DNA of 64,000 nt from Lachnospiraceae bacterium (GTDB lineage: Bacteria > Bacillota > Clostridia > Lachnospirales > Lachnospiraceae), in the NCBI GenBank assembly GCA_030531435.1, contig JAUNNN010000004.1:10173-74172 (forward strand). Direction: 5' to 3'. The translations under genes were made by a program, and so were the position numbers. Shown one piece after another: positions 19,555-30,109 of this stretch. The stretch's first letter is position 1. The number at the start of each line of letters is the position of its first letter. Under the pieces are notes generated by a model that had not been told where the DNA came from, did no database searches, and saw nothing but the letters and a program-made list of their open reading frames with translations.

Positions 19555-20829
19555 TCACAAACTGACAATCTTTGCATCAACAAGAGCCTGCAACGATTTT
19601 ATTATTCCAAACTTCGCATGATCAAATGTTAATCCGCCCTGGAAATACACATTATAAGGTGGTTTTATAGGGCCATCTGCAGATAATTCTATTGAAGACC
19701 CTGACACAAAAGCACCTGCAGCCATTATTACATCGCTATCATAACCTGGCATAGCCCATGGTTCTGGTGATAAATAACTATCAACTGGTGCTGCAGCCTG
19801 AATACCCTTACAAAATGCAATAACAGCATCTTCACTGTTTAATGTAACTGCCTGAATTATATCGTGTCTCTTTTCCTTTGAATCTGGTACTACTTTATAT
19901 CCAAGCTTTTCATAAATATTTGCCGCAAAAATCGCACCCTTTAACGCAGCTGCTGTTACAGTTGGAGCCATAAATAATCCCTGATAAAACGCAGTATTTA
20001 CATTAAGTGTTGCACCAACCTCTTTTCCAAGTCCAGGACTTGTAAGTCTATATGCACAGTTTTCAATAAGATCCTTTCTACCAGCAATATAGCCACCAAT
20101 AGGAGCAAGTCCACCACCTGGATTTTTTATTAATGAGCCAACAACCATGTCAGCTCCAACTTCAGATGGTTCAATTACATCAACGAATTCTCCATAACAG
20201 TTATCAACCATACAGATAATGTTAGGGTTAATGCCTTTGATAAAGCTTATTAATTCTCCTATTTGTTTAACAGAAAAAGTTGGTCTTGTAAGGTATCCTT
20301 TTGATCTCTGAATTGTTGCAAGCTTAGTTTTTTCATTTATAGCTGCCTTAATTGCATCATAGTTAAAGCTTCCATCTTCATTTAATTCTGCCTGTTTGTA
20401 GGTAATGCCAAATTCTTTTAATGAACACTTAGATTCTCTTATTCCAATTACTTCTTCAAGCGTATCATATGGCTTACCAACTGGAGATAAGAGTTCATCG
20501 CCAGGTCTTAAATTCGCAGATAATGCCACATTTAAAGCATGAGTTCCGCATGTAATCTGTGGTCTTACAAGTGCATCTTCTGTTTTAAAAATTGATGCAT
20601 ATACTTTTTCAAGAGTCTCTCTACCAATATCGTTATATCCATAACCTGTAGTACCCTGAAAACAGCTTTCAGATACACGATTATCCTGCATAGCCTTAAT
20701 GACCTTTAGCTGATTGTATTCTCTTACTTCATCCACTTCCTTAAATCTGTCTTCAAGTGAATCAAGTATATCTTTGCAGTATGAATAAACACTATCACTT
20801 ATTCCAAGGCTTCTATATAATTCCTTCAA
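19555..20829 (-). CDS. ynbB: YnbB / 'aluminium resistance protein' family PLP-dependent C-S lyase-like enzyme
   Basis: TGYGYNDIGRETLEKVYA...ALVRPQITCGTHA is characteristic of the Met_gamma_lyase (YnbB) family. Follows miaA. Confidence 0.82.
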   Translation of the reverse strand: MKELYRSLGISDSVYSYCKDILDSLEDRFKEVDEVREYNQLKVIKAMQDNRVSESCFQGTTGYGYNDIGRETLEKVYASIFKTEDALVRPQITCGTHALNVALSANLRPGDELLSPVGKPYDTLEEVIGIRESKCSLKEFGITYKQAELNEDGSFNYDAIKAAINEKTKLATIQRSKGYLTRPTFSVKQIGELISFIKGINPNIICMVDNCYGEFVDVIEPSEVGADMVVGSLIKNPGGGLAPIGGYIAGRKDLIENCAYRLTSPGLGKEVGATLNVNTAFYQGLFMAPTVTAAALKGAIFAANIYEKLGYKVVPDSKEKRHDIIQAVTLNSEDAVIAFCKGIQAAAPVDSYLSPEPWAMPGYDSDVIMAAGAFVSGSSIELSADGPIKPPYNVYFQGGLTFDHAKFGIIKSLQALVDAKIVSL

Positions 20830-21760
20830 CTTTTAATTTCTCCTTAATATATTCAAGTATTGCTTCATCATTATAATTAAACTTATCTTTATCAATAAAG
20901 CACACACTCTTTTCTCTTCTAAACCATGTAAGCTGTCTCTTAGCAAAATGTCTTGTATCTCTTTTTATAATATATTTTGCTTCATCAAGAGTAGTAATAC
21001 CATCAAGGTAATCAAGCACTTCTTTGTATCCAATACCCTGCATTGAAATATTATTTCTTGTAAGGCCTTCTTGCTTTAACTTCATTACTTCTTCAACAAG
21101 GCCATTATCAAACATAATATCTACACGCTTATCAATTCTTTCATATAATTTTTTTCTATCATCATTTAAAACAAAATAAATAAAATTATATGGTGATTCA
21201 TTTTCTGACTGAGTCAAATTATGTTCAGATATTTTTGTGCCCGTTTCTTTGTAAAATTCAATTGCTCTTATAACTCTTTTTACATTGTTTTTATGAATAA
21301 GAGCTGCTGATTCTTCATCAATCTCTTTTAACATATTGTGAAGATAGTCAGCACCATTTATACGATATAATTCCTCTAACTCTTTTCTTATATCGCTGCT
21401 CTCGCCACTGCTTTCTGAAAAATCAACATCATAGACAAGTGACTGTATATAAAAGCCTGTTCCTCCTACTATAAGCGGAATATTCCCACGCTCATATATT
21501 TCATCCATAGCTTTTAGAGCATACTCTTTAAATAAAGCTATATTAAATTCTTCAGTAGGTTCTAAAATATCAATTAAATGGTGTTTTACACCATCCATTT
21601 CTTCTTTTGTAATCTTTGCAGATCCAACATCCATTCTTTTATATACCTGCATTGAATCAGCAGAAATAATTTCTCCAGAAACTAATTTTGCAAGTTCAAT
21701 AGAAAGACTGGTTTTTCCAACAGCTGTCGGGCCTGTAAGTATAATTAATGGTTTTTTCAT
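20813..21760 (-). CDS. miaA: tRNA dimethylallyltransferase
   Basis: P-loop GPTAVGKTSLS, SADSMQVYK, GGTGFY. mutS-mutL-miaA synteny. Confidence 0.95.
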   Translation of the reverse strand: MKKPLIILTGPTAVGKTSLSIELAKLVSGEIISADSMQVYKRMDVGSAKITKEEMDGVKHHLIDILEPTEEFNIALFKEYALKAMDEIYERGNIPLIVGGTGFYIQSLVYDVDFSESSGESSDIRKELEELYRINGADYLHNMLKEIDEESAALIHKNNVKRVIRAIEFYKETGTKISEHNLTQSENESPYNFIYFVLNDDRKKLYERIDKRVDIMFDNGLVEEVMKLKQEGLTRNNISMQGIGYKEVLDYLDGITTLDEAKYIIKRDTRHFAKRQLTWFRREKSVCFIDKDKFNYNDEAILEYIKEKLKVEGII

Positions 21761-23607
21761 GTCACAATTCGCTTAAACATTTTTTCGATATCATATTTAG
21801 AATATGATACGATTGTAGGTCTTCCATGTGGACAGTTATATGGATTATCAAGTGTTAAAAGTTCTGTAATTAATTCATCAGCTTCTATAACTGACATCTT
21901 TGTATTACCTTTAACAGCTGATTTACATGCCATCGTGGCTATTCTTAAATTTACTGAATCCGTTTCCTTACTACTTCTGCCACTTGCTAACTCATCAAGC
22001 ATCTCATGGAAATAATCTTTTGGATTTTCTCTATATAATTCAAGCGGTACAGCACTTATTGCAAATTCATGACCGCCAAAGTGTTCAATAGTAAAGCCTG
22101 TTTCAGCGAAGTTATCACTATATTTTTTTACAATTTCTTCTTCTGATGGTGATAAGGAAATAATAATTGGTGGATTCAAATACTGGCTTGATACATTATT
22201 TTCCCTAATCTGTTTAAGTATTCTTTCATACTTAACTTTTTCATGAGCAGCATGCTGATCAACAATAAATAGCTTATTATCATATTCAATAAGCCAGTAT
22301 GTATCAAATAGTTGTCCAATAATTCTATGTTTTTTTAATGCTTCTTCTGTAAGGAAATTTTCTTCAAAAAGATTCATTTGTACAGAAGGTTTGTCATTTA
22401 CTTCTTCAGTAATTATTACTTCATCAGTCTTATCAATCTTTTCAGGCACATTTTCTGACTTAGTCAGTAAATCTTTAACTTGAGAATCATTTGAAATAGC
22501 TTTTTCAAGTACATACTCTTCTCTTCTTTTAATCTCAAATGGTTCTGGAATTACATCTTTCTTTTCAATGTTAACATTTACTGGTTTTTCGTCAGATGCA
22601 ACAGCAGATGGAATAAGTTCTTTTCTGGAAAGTGCTTCTGTAACTACATTTACAAAGAAGGAATAAAGCATATCACCTTCAATAAACCTTACTTCTTTTT
22701 TTGCTGGATGTACGTTAACATCAACCATAAATCCCGGCATTTCCATATAAAGAAATACAAGAGGATATTTATGTAGCATTAAATATGGTTTATATGCAGC
22801 ATCAAGAGCCCTTGAAATAAGACTACTTTTAATTAATCTATTATTTACAAAATACACTTCAAAATTACGATTACTTCTTGATAGCTCAGGCTTACCTACA
22901 TAACCATATATATGAATATCACCATTATCTGCATCAACTTTAATAATATTTGATGCAACATCTCTTCCATAAATTCCATATATTACATCAAGAATTTCAC
23001 CATTTCCAGATGACTGAAGTTTTGTATTTCCATTTACAATAAGCTTAAATGAAACTGATGGATTTGACAGCATAAGTTGCTCCATGAGTTCAACAATATA
23101 ACTGCCTTCAGTCTGTGCACTCTTTAAAAACTTTCTTCTTGCTGGTGTATTAAAAAACAAGTCTCTTATTACGAACGTAGTTCCATCTGGAACACCTGCG
23201 TCATCAAAGACAAGTTCCTTAGAACCTTCAATTACATATCTAGTACCAACAATTTCATTCTTTTCTTTAGTTAAAAGTTCAACCTTTGCAACAGATGAAA
23301 TACTTGATAAGGCTTCACCTCTAAAGCCCAAAGATGAAACACTTAAAAGATCTTCTATTGACCTGATTTTTGATGTGGCATGACGCATGAAAGCCTTCTT
23401 AACCTGAGACTTTGCAATACCTTCACCATTATCAGTGACTCTTATGTATGAAATTCCACCCTCCTTGATTTCAACAGTTATAGCGCTAGCTCCAGCATCT
23501 ATTGCATTTTCTGTAAGCTCCTTAACTACAGATGAAGGTCTGTCTACTACTTCTCCAGCTGCAATTTTATCGATTGTCTGTGAATCAAGACTAAATATTT
23601 CTTTCAT
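21757..23607 (-). CDS. mutL: DNA mismatch repair protein MutL
   Basis: GHL ATPase motifs are AAGEVV.RP, ELTENAIDAG and DNGEGI. C-terminal endonuclease-type DQHAAHEK motif. Confidence 0.96.
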   Translation of the reverse strand: MKEIFSLDSQTIDKIAAGEVVDRPSSVVKELTENAIDAGASAITVEIKEGGISYIRVTDNGEGIAKSQVKKAFMRHATSKIRSIEDLLSVSSLGFRGEALSSISSVAKVELLTKEKNEIVGTRYVIEGSKELVFDDAGVPDGTTFVIRDLFFNTPARRKFLKSAQTEGSYIVELMEQLMLSNPSVSFKLIVNGNTKLQSSGNGEILDVIYGIYGRDVASNIIKVDADNGDIHIYGYVGKPELSRSNRNFEVYFVNNRLIKSSLISRALDAAYKPYLMLHKYPLVFLYMEMPGFMVDVNVHPAKKEVRFIEGDMLYSFFVNVVTEALSRKELIPSAVASDEKPVNVNIEKKDVIPEPFEIKRREEYVLEKAISNDSQVKDLLTKSENVPEKIDKTDEVIITEEVNDKPSVQMNLFEENFLTEEALKKHRIIGQLFDTYWLIEYDNKLFIVDQHAAHEKVKYERILKQIRENNVSSQYLNPPIIISLSPSEEEIVKKYSDNFAETGFTIEHFGGHEFAISAVPLELYRENPKDYFHEMLDELASGRSSKETDSVNLRIATMACKSAVKGNTKMSVIEADELITELLTLDNPYNCPHGRPTIVSYSKYDIEKMFKRIVT

Positions 23608-23611
23608 TTTG

Positions 23612-26281
23612 TTACCATCTATTATTTAGCTTACTCTGCAAGCTATATAATGTGTTTAGCGCTTCAATAGGCGTAAGCGCATTAACATCAAGATTCTTTA
23701 TTTCATCAAGAATATCGTCATCAGTAATTGTGTCAAATAATGACATCTGATTCATATCAACTTCATCAAGTCTTCTGACTTTTGATTTTTTCCCATTATT
23801 ATCATAGCTTTCAGCCGCTATAGACTGAATCTTTACAGAAATATCATTTTCTAGTAACTGACTAACTATTTCTTCTGCTCTTTTTGTTACTGTATCTGGA
23901 ACACCAGCCAATTTGGCAACAGCAATACCATAGCTCTTGTCAGCTCCGCCCTTAACAATTTTACGTAAGAATACTACATCCTCACCCTGTTCCTTAACAG
24001 CAATACAATAGTTATTAACACATGGAAGCTTACCTTCAAGTTCAGTAAGTTCATGATAATGTGTAGCAAATAAAGTCTTTGCACCAAGAAGCTTTGTGTT
24101 TGAAATATATTCAACTACAGCCCATGCAATGGACAAACCATCAAACGTAGAAGTACCTCTTCCAATTTCATCTAATATTAGTAAACTATTCTCAGTTGCA
24201 TTTCTAAGAATATTTGCAACTTCAGCCATTTCAACCATAAATGTTGACTGACCGCTGGCTAGATCATCACTTGCACCTACTCTTGTAAAAATCCTGTCAC
24301 AGACACCAATATCAGCGCTATCAGCAGGTACAAAGCTTCCAAGCTGTGCCATAAGAACAATAAGTGATGTCTGTCGCATGTAAGTTGATTTACCTGCCAT
24401 ATTAGGACCAGTAATTATAGAAATTCTGTTTTTATTATTATCAAGGAATGTATCGTTTTTAATAAACATTCCATCCTGAATCATTTTCTCAATAACAGGA
24501 TGTCTTCCACCCTTAATCTCAATAACACCCTTTTCATTAATCTTTGGTCTTACGTAATGGTTAATTTCAGCAACATTTGCTAAAGATAAAAGTGCATCAA
24601 GACATGCTATTACTCTTGCTGTTTTTTGAATTCTAAGAACATTATCAGCAATAGAATCTCTAATATCGCAGAACATATCATACTCAAGTGCAAATAATTT
24701 ATCCTCTGCATTAAGTATTGTGTCCTCTAACTCTTTTAACTTATCAGTTGTATAACGCTCTGCATTTGATAAAGTCTGTTTTCTAATATAATCAGCAGGG
24801 ACTAAATCCTTATATGAATTAGTAACCTCAAAATAGTACCCAAATACTTTGTTATATTTAATTCTTAAGTTTTTAATTCCGGTACGTTCTTTGTCTTCAG
24901 CCTCTAATTCTGCAAGCCATGTTTTCCCTTCAATCTTTGCATTTCTAAGACTATCTATATTTGCATTATATCCGCTCTTAATGATTCCACCTTCTTTAAT
25001 AGTAATAGGTGCTTCCTCATTAATTGACTTATTAATTAAACTATAAATATCTTCGAGTGGATCAAGCTCATCATATAAATTTGCAAGAATACCCTTCTTA
25101 AAGTCAGAGAGCTGCTGTTTAATTGCAGGTAACATTTCTAAAGAATTAGCAAATGCAATAAGGTCTCTTGGGTTAGCTGATTTATAACTTATCTTTCCCA
25201 TAAGACGCTCTATATCATAAATCGGATTAAGATATTCTCTTAATTCCTCTCTTGTTATTGCTGACTTCTTAAGACTTTCTACTGCATCAAGACGTTCATT
25301 AATTTCTGACTTTTTAATGAGTGGTTGTTCAATGTATGACCTTAACATTCTTGAGCCCATAGCTGTCTTACACTTATCAAGAACCCATAAAAGAGAACCT
25401 CTTTTATTTTTATCTCGCATAGTCTCAGTAAGCTCAAGATTTCGTCTTGTTGACGAATCAATAATCATATAATTTGAAATATTATATGGAGTTATTGTAT
25501 TTAAATTTGTAAGTGAATTTTTCTGAGTTTCGTATAAATATTTAAGAAGTGAGCCAACAGCAATTCTTCCAAAATCAATATCATCAAGACCTAAGCCATT
25601 TATAGCATTTACTTTAAAATGAGACTTAATAATATCTTCACACTGTTCTGACTCAAAATACCATGATTCAAGACTATATACAGTTACATTTAACTTATAT
25701 TTTAATTCCTCTGTATCTACCCCAGAAAATAAAAATGATTCGTTACAAATGATTTCTGATGGAGAAAACTTATATATTTCATCAAGTAGCTTTGGAACAC
25801 TTGTAACCTCTGTTACTAAAAATCTACCTGTTGTAATATCAGCAATTGCAATACCAAATGAATCTGCAATATAAACAACAGACATAATATAATTATTTTT
25901 ACCCTCTTCAAGGGAAGCCATATCAATATTTGTTCCAGGAGTCGCTATTCTAATTACTTCTCTCTTAACAAGCCCTTTAGCATTTTTTGCATCTTCGACC
26001 TGTTCACATATTGCTACCTTATGACCATTTGCTACAAGCTTATTTAAATATACTTCACATGCATGAAATGGCACGCCACACATAGGTGCTCTTTCAACTA
26101 AACCACAATTCTTTCCTGTAAGTGTAAGCTCTAATTCTTTTGATGCAAGTATGGCATCGTCAAAGAACATTTCATAGAAATCTCCAAGACGATAAAACAG
26201 TATACAATCTTTATACTGCTCTTTAGTCTCCATATATTTTTGCATCATTGGCGATAACTGTTCTTTATTTACGTCAATCAT
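23612..26281 (-). CDS. mutS: DNA mismatch repair protein MutS
   Basis: N-terminal mismatch-binding GDFYEMF, Walker A GPNMAGKST, and LILDEIGRGTSTFDG. Confidence 0.97.
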   Translation of the reverse strand: MIDVNKEQLSPMMQKYMETKEQYKDCILFYRLGDFYEMFFDDAILASKELELTLTGKNCGLVERAPMCGVPFHACEVYLNKLVANGHKVAICEQVEDAKNAKGLVKREVIRIATPGTNIDMASLEEGKNNYIMSVVYIADSFGIAIADITTGRFLVTEVTSVPKLLDEIYKFSPSEIICNESFLFSGVDTEELKYKLNVTVYSLESWYFESEQCEDIIKSHFKVNAINGLGLDDIDFGRIAVGSLLKYLYETQKNSLTNLNTITPYNISNYMIIDSSTRRNLELTETMRDKNKRGSLLWVLDKCKTAMGSRMLRSYIEQPLIKKSEINERLDAVESLKKSAITREELREYLNPIYDIERLMGKISYKSANPRDLIAFANSLEMLPAIKQQLSDFKKGILANLYDELDPLEDIYSLINKSINEEAPITIKEGGIIKSGYNANIDSLRNAKIEGKTWLAELEAEDKERTGIKNLRIKYNKVFGYYFEVTNSYKDLVPADYIRKQTLSNAERYTTDKLKELEDTILNAEDKLFALEYDMFCDIRDSIADNVLRIQKTARVIACLDALLSLANVAEINHYVRPKINEKGVIEIKGGRHPVIEKMIQDGMFIKNDTFLDNNKNRISIITGPNMAGKSTYMRQTSLIVLMAQLGSFVPADSADIGVCDRIFTRVGASDDLASGQSTFMVEMAEVANILRNATENSLLILDEIGRGTSTFDGLSIAWAVVEYISNTKLLGAKTLFATHYHELTELEGKLPCVNNYCIAVKEQGEDVVFLRKIVKGGADKSYGIAVAKLAGVPDTVTKRAEEIVSQLLENDISVKIQSIAAESYDNNGKKSKVRRLDEVDMNQMSLFDTITDDDILDEIKNLDVNALTPIEALNTLYSLQSKLNNRW

Positions 26282-27365
26282 TTCTAATATCCCTAAGCTG
26301 TTCTAGAAGTGATTTTTCCTGTTTGTCTCTTGTTAATTCAACAAGTCCAAGCTTTGTCATTCCATGACATTTTGCTTTTCTATTATCACTTTTTATTATT
26401 TCTTTTATGTATTCTAAAAGTCTTTCTTTATTTTCTTCGTTTTTCATATTAATGAAATCAACAATTATAATTCCAGAAAGATTTCTAAGTCTTAGTTGTC
26501 TTACTATTTCTTTAGCTGCTTCAGCATTAACTGCATAAATAGTATCTTCTTTTGATTTTTTCATTGGAGCATTGCCTGTATTTACATCAATTACAGTCAT
26601 TGCCTCAGTATTTTCAATGTATAAATATGCTCCTGATGTAAGCCAAACCTTTTTACTTATGGCATCATCAATCTTTGAATTAATACTATATAATGCCAAT
26701 AGGCTTACAAGAGAATCGTTATATAACCTGATGTTTGCTTTTATATTTATCCCAAGTTTTTTATAGTTTTCATTAAACTCATTAAATAAATCATAGATTT
26801 CTTTATCATCTGTAATGATTTCATCAAGCATATCAAATCTATTTGAGTAAACAGCATTTATTATTTTGTTATTTTTAAAAAGTAATGAACCTTTTGTTCT
26901 CTTATCAGAATAATCAGCTATCTCTTTATAAATATTTTCAAGATACGCCTTTTCATTAGCTACAGATTCTTCATCTATAAATTTTGCGTTTGTTCTCTTA
27001 ATTGTTTTATCGCTAAAAACTACATTGTATATACCTGGAATAACAAGCTTATCTGTAACAACATCCTGTTTATTTGAAGACTCTTTTTTCTTAATCATTA
27101 CAGGTACAAGGGAGCCATTTTTGTAATCTGTCCCTTTAAGATAACCCTTCTTATCCTTTGAAATACTAACAAAAGATGCATCAAGGCCTTCAACTTTATC
27201 TTTTATTTCAGCTGAATAAATATCCCCAACTTCATAGGGAGATTCACTTTTAAATAGCTGTATTTCTATAGCCTTATCATCATGAATATATAGACATGCA
27301 TATCCTTTTTCATATTTAGTTAAAATAACTTTATATTCATTATTCAATGTCTTTTCCAATATCAT
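26274..27365 (-). CDS. ribonuclease E/G family protein (short, Rng-like)
   Basis: S1-like N-terminus (VGDIYSAEIKDKVEGLDASFVSI). Catalytic-core signature is TVIDVNTG...IIIVDFINM. Confidence 0.8.
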   Translation of the reverse strand: MILEKTLNNEYKVILTKYEKGYACLYIHDDKAIEIQLFKSESPYEVGDIYSAEIKDKVEGLDASFVSISKDKKGYLKGTDYKNGSLVPVMIKKKESSNKQDVVTDKLVIPGIYNVVFSDKTIKRTNAKFIDEESVANEKAYLENIYKEIADYSDKRTKGSLLFKNNKIINAVYSNRFDMLDEIITDDKEIYDLFNEFNENYKKLGINIKANIRLYNDSLVSLLALYSINSKIDDAISKKVWLTSGAYLYIENTEAMTVIDVNTGNAPMKKSKEDTIYAVNAEAAKEIVRQLRLRNLSGIIIVDFINMKNEENKERLLEYIKEIIKSDNRKAKCHGMTKLGLVELTRDKQEKSLLEQLRDIRND

Positions 27366-28035
27366 TAAGAGAAACTAAAGCAGTTTTATCTCCTGTAAAC
27401 ATTTCAGTTCTCTTAATTAAAAGATAATATTCGTCAAAGGATTCGCCGCAGAAATCATATAACGCTTTTATAACAAGTTCAGGTTTAATATTCATTACTG
27501 ATCCGCATGAAACAAGTAATGAAACCACGCCATCATTTACTTCTACATTATATATAAATGGCTTAATATCAAGCTCTGTTTCACTTTTCTTTGACTGTTT
27601 AATTACAGTAATAGAATCCTGACTCATAAGCTCGCTTAACTTACTTTCAACATCAAATGTTGGCTTATGTTCATCTCTGAATCTAACGTCATACGATGCT
27701 GCCGTAATTGATGACATAGCATTTGTTGCTTTACCATCAGGAATTTCTCTGAATGAAAGTACTCTAATCTCAGGTACAGAATTATCGTTTAATTTCTTAA
27801 TGGCATCCTTTGATGAAATATGCTCTGAAATCTCTATATCAACGTACTCAGCAACACTTTCATCACCAATACCTAAAGGCATGGCAAATGACATTATCTG
27901 ATGTGGTGAAAAACCTTCTGAATAGCTTATAGGAATATCTGCTCTACGCATAAGCTTTTGGAAATATCTCATAACATCAAGATGACCTATGAACTTAAGA
28001 GCTCCCTCTTTTGAAAACTTAATTCTTACTTTCAT
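27340..28035 (-). CDS. radical SAM-associated protein, TIGR03936/DUF2344 family
   Basis: KF.KEGALKFIGHLDVMRYFQKLMRRADIP..YSEGFSPHQ is the DUF2344 signature. A 4-nt overlap with the upstream radical SAM gene is usual for this pair. Confidence 0.8.
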   Translation of the reverse strand: MKVRIKFSKEGALKFIGHLDVMRYFQKLMRRADIPISYSEGFSPHQIMSFAMPLGIGDESVAEYVDIEISEHISSKDAIKKLNDNSVPEIRVLSFREIPDGKATNAMSSITAASYDVRFRDEHKPTFDVESKLSELMSQDSITVIKQSKKSETELDIKPFIYNVEVNDGVVSLLVSCGSVMNIKPELVIKALYDFCGESFDEYYLLIKRTEMFTGDKTALVSLNDIGKDIE

Positions 28036-29915
28036 AGATTACCTCCTGCAAATGCTACACACTGTCCATCTGCATTTTTTCCATATCTTAGCGCACCACA
28101 GCCTGAACACTGCATTTTACAGTTCTTAGTAACTGTAGCTTCATGGGCTTTTTTCCATTCATTAATAAGAAATGCCTTTGTAACACCAGTATCTATAAAG
28201 TCCCATGGAAGTATTTCATCTATACTTCTTTCGCGATGAGTATAGAAATTAAGATCAACGTTACATTCTTCTAATACTTCTTCCCAGGTCTCTCCCTTAA
28301 AGCAATCAGTCCATGAATCAAAAATGCATCCTTTTTCATATGCCTTTAATAAAACGGCTGAAAGTCTTCTGTCGCCTCTAGCAAACAGTCCTTCTAAAAC
28401 TGACAAGTCATTGTCATGCCAGTTATATTTAATTGATTTAAAGTTTATCTGCTCCTTCATAGCCCCCATTACTGTATGGGCTTTATCAAGGAACTCTTCC
28501 TTAGTTGACTGTCTTGCCCACTGGAAAGGAGTAAATGGCTTTGGAACAAAAAATGATGTTGATGCAGTAATCTGAACCTTCTTACCAATTCTTTTTTCCT
28601 TTGGAATAAGCTCATAATATAGCTTGGCTATTTCATTACTTAGCTCTGCTATTCCACGCATATCTTCTTCAGTTTCAGTCGGATGACCCAGCATAAAGTA
28701 AAGCTTTACCTTATTCCAGCCACCAAGGAATGCAAGCTTAGCACCATTTAAAATTACTTCTTCAGTTAATCCCTTATTGATAACATCTCTAAGTCTTTGT
28801 GAACCAGCCTCAGGAGCAAAGGTTAATGAGCTCTTTTTAACATCCTGAACCTTTCCCATAACATCAAGGGAAAATGAATCAATTCTAAGAGATGGAAGCG
28901 AAATATTTACATGCTTTTTCTTAGTGTATTCAATAAGGAACTCAAGTAATTCCTGAATGTTTGTATAATCAGATGAACTTAGTGAAGACAGACAAATTTC
29001 TTCATGCCCAGTTGATTCAAGCATGTTTACTGCCTTCTCTTTAAGTACTTCAAGGTTCTTTTCTCTAACAGGTCTATAAATCATTCCTGCCTGACAGAAT
29101 CTGCAGCCTCTAATACATCCTCTTTGTATTTCAAGAACAACTCTATCCTGAGTTGCCTTAATGTATGGTACAAGTGGCTTATCTGGATAACATGAATTAG
29201 ACATATCACTAACAGCTGTCTTTCTAACAGTTGATGGTACGTCTTCATATTTTGCAGTAAATGACTTAATAGTAAAATCATCATTATACTGAACTTCATA
29301 CATTGAAGGTGCATATATTCCTTCAATTTTAGATGCTTCGTGAATGAACTCTTTTCTACTTAGACCTTTACTTTTACATTCTTTGTATAAATCAAGTAAT
29401 TCAGGATAACTTATTTCTCCTTCACCCATATAAAACAAATCAAAGAAATCAGCTATTGGCTCTGGATTATATGAACATGGGCCTCCACCAATTACTATCG
29501 GATCTGTTTCATCTCTATCTTTTGCCATCATAGGTATTTTAGACAAATCAAGAATCTGAAGTACATTTGTATAACACATTTCATACTGCAGCGTTATTCC
29601 AAGGAAATCAAAATCCTTAACTTTATCCTGAGACTCAAGAGCAAATAAAGGTATATCCTCTGCCTTCATAATTTCGTGAAGATCTGTCCATGGTGAATAT
29701 ACTCGTTCACACCATGTATCATCACGCTTATTTAGCATGTCGTATAAAATCTGTATGCCAAGGTGAGACATACCAATTTCATATACATCTGGAAAGCACA
29801 TGCAGAATCTTATGTCAACCGAGTTTGGATCTTTATATATTGCATTTACTTCATGTCCGATATATCTTGCTGGCTTTTCTATTTTTAATAGTATTCTATC
29901 TGAAAGAGCATTCAT
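28032..29915 (-). CDS. radical SAM protein, TIGR03960 family (B12-binding-like N-domain plus radical SAM core)
   Basis: CxxxCxxC cluster motif in GCIRGCRFCQAG. 627 aa. Conserved partner of DUF2344. Confidence 0.85.
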   Translation of the reverse strand: MNALSDRILLKIEKPARYIGHEVNAIYKDPNSVDIRFCMCFPDVYEIGMSHLGIQILYDMLNKRDDTWCERVYSPWTDLHEIMKAEDIPLFALESQDKVKDFDFLGITLQYEMCYTNVLQILDLSKIPMMAKDRDETDPIVIGGGPCSYNPEPIADFFDLFYMGEGEISYPELLDLYKECKSKGLSRKEFIHEASKIEGIYAPSMYEVQYNDDFTIKSFTAKYEDVPSTVRKTAVSDMSNSCYPDKPLVPYIKATQDRVVLEIQRGCIRGCRFCQAGMIYRPVREKNLEVLKEKAVNMLESTGHEEICLSSLSSSDYTNIQELLEFLIEYTKKKHVNISLPSLRIDSFSLDVMGKVQDVKKSSLTFAPEAGSQRLRDVINKGLTEEVILNGAKLAFLGGWNKVKLYFMLGHPTETEEDMRGIAELSNEIAKLYYELIPKEKRIGKKVQITASTSFFVPKPFTPFQWARQSTKEEFLDKAHTVMGAMKEQINFKSIKYNWHDNDLSVLEGLFARGDRRLSAVLLKAYEKGCIFDSWTDCFKGETWEEVLEECNVDLNFYTHRERSIDEILPWDFIDTGVTKAFLINEWKKAHEATVTKNCKMQCSGCGALRYGKNADGQCVAFAGGNL

Positions 29916-29976
29916 AATCTCATGTTCCTTTTTATATCTAAAGAATTATAGGCATAAAAAAACAGAATAATTATAA

Positions 29977-30010
29977 CACAGATGTAACCCGTTTTCGAGT
30001 TACATCTGTG
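29977..30010 (-). terminator. strong hairpin (12-bp stem) upstream of the radical SAM gene; terminator or attenuator candidate
   Basis: CACAGATGTAAC-(10 nt)-GTTACATCTGTG. On the minus strand a U-rich tract (..TTCTGTTTTTTT) follows, but only after a 13-nt gap. Confidence 0.45.
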
Positions 30011-30065
30011 ATTAGCGGTCGTCAAATGTTCCTGCAAGCATACTTGCAGACCATTTTTCTCGTCG

Positions 30066-30109
30066 CCATAACAAACAATGAGCGAAATACACTCGGTATC
30101 TCGCTCATT
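30066..30109 (-). terminator. probable terminator of the B-repeat protein gene
   Basis: 9-bp stem AATGAGCGA-(15 nt)-TCGCTCATT begins 2 nt after the stop codon. It is followed by GTTTGTT on the minus strand. Confidence 0.5.

Noticed and set aside
20813-20829. I expected hfq after miaA, following the common mutS-mutL-miaA-hfq order in Firmicutes.
   Set aside because: miaA overlaps ynbB directly, so there is no space for hfq here. The absence of a gene at one locus is not a feature, and hfq may be elsewhere or absent from this lineage.
30022-30069. A 15-codon minus-strand mini-ORF (MATRKMVCKYACRNI*) with two Cys lies just upstream of a radical SAM gene. It superficially resembles a RiPP precursor or leader peptide.
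   Set aside because: There is no Shine-Dalgarno sequence before the ATG; the preceding sequence is GTTTGTT. The Cys codons are a by-product of the CTGCAAG/CTTGCAG hairpin. The TIGR03960/DUF2344 radical SAM pair is a widely conserved housekeeping-type module, not a peptide-maturase cluster. It is kept only as part of the structured-spacer finding.
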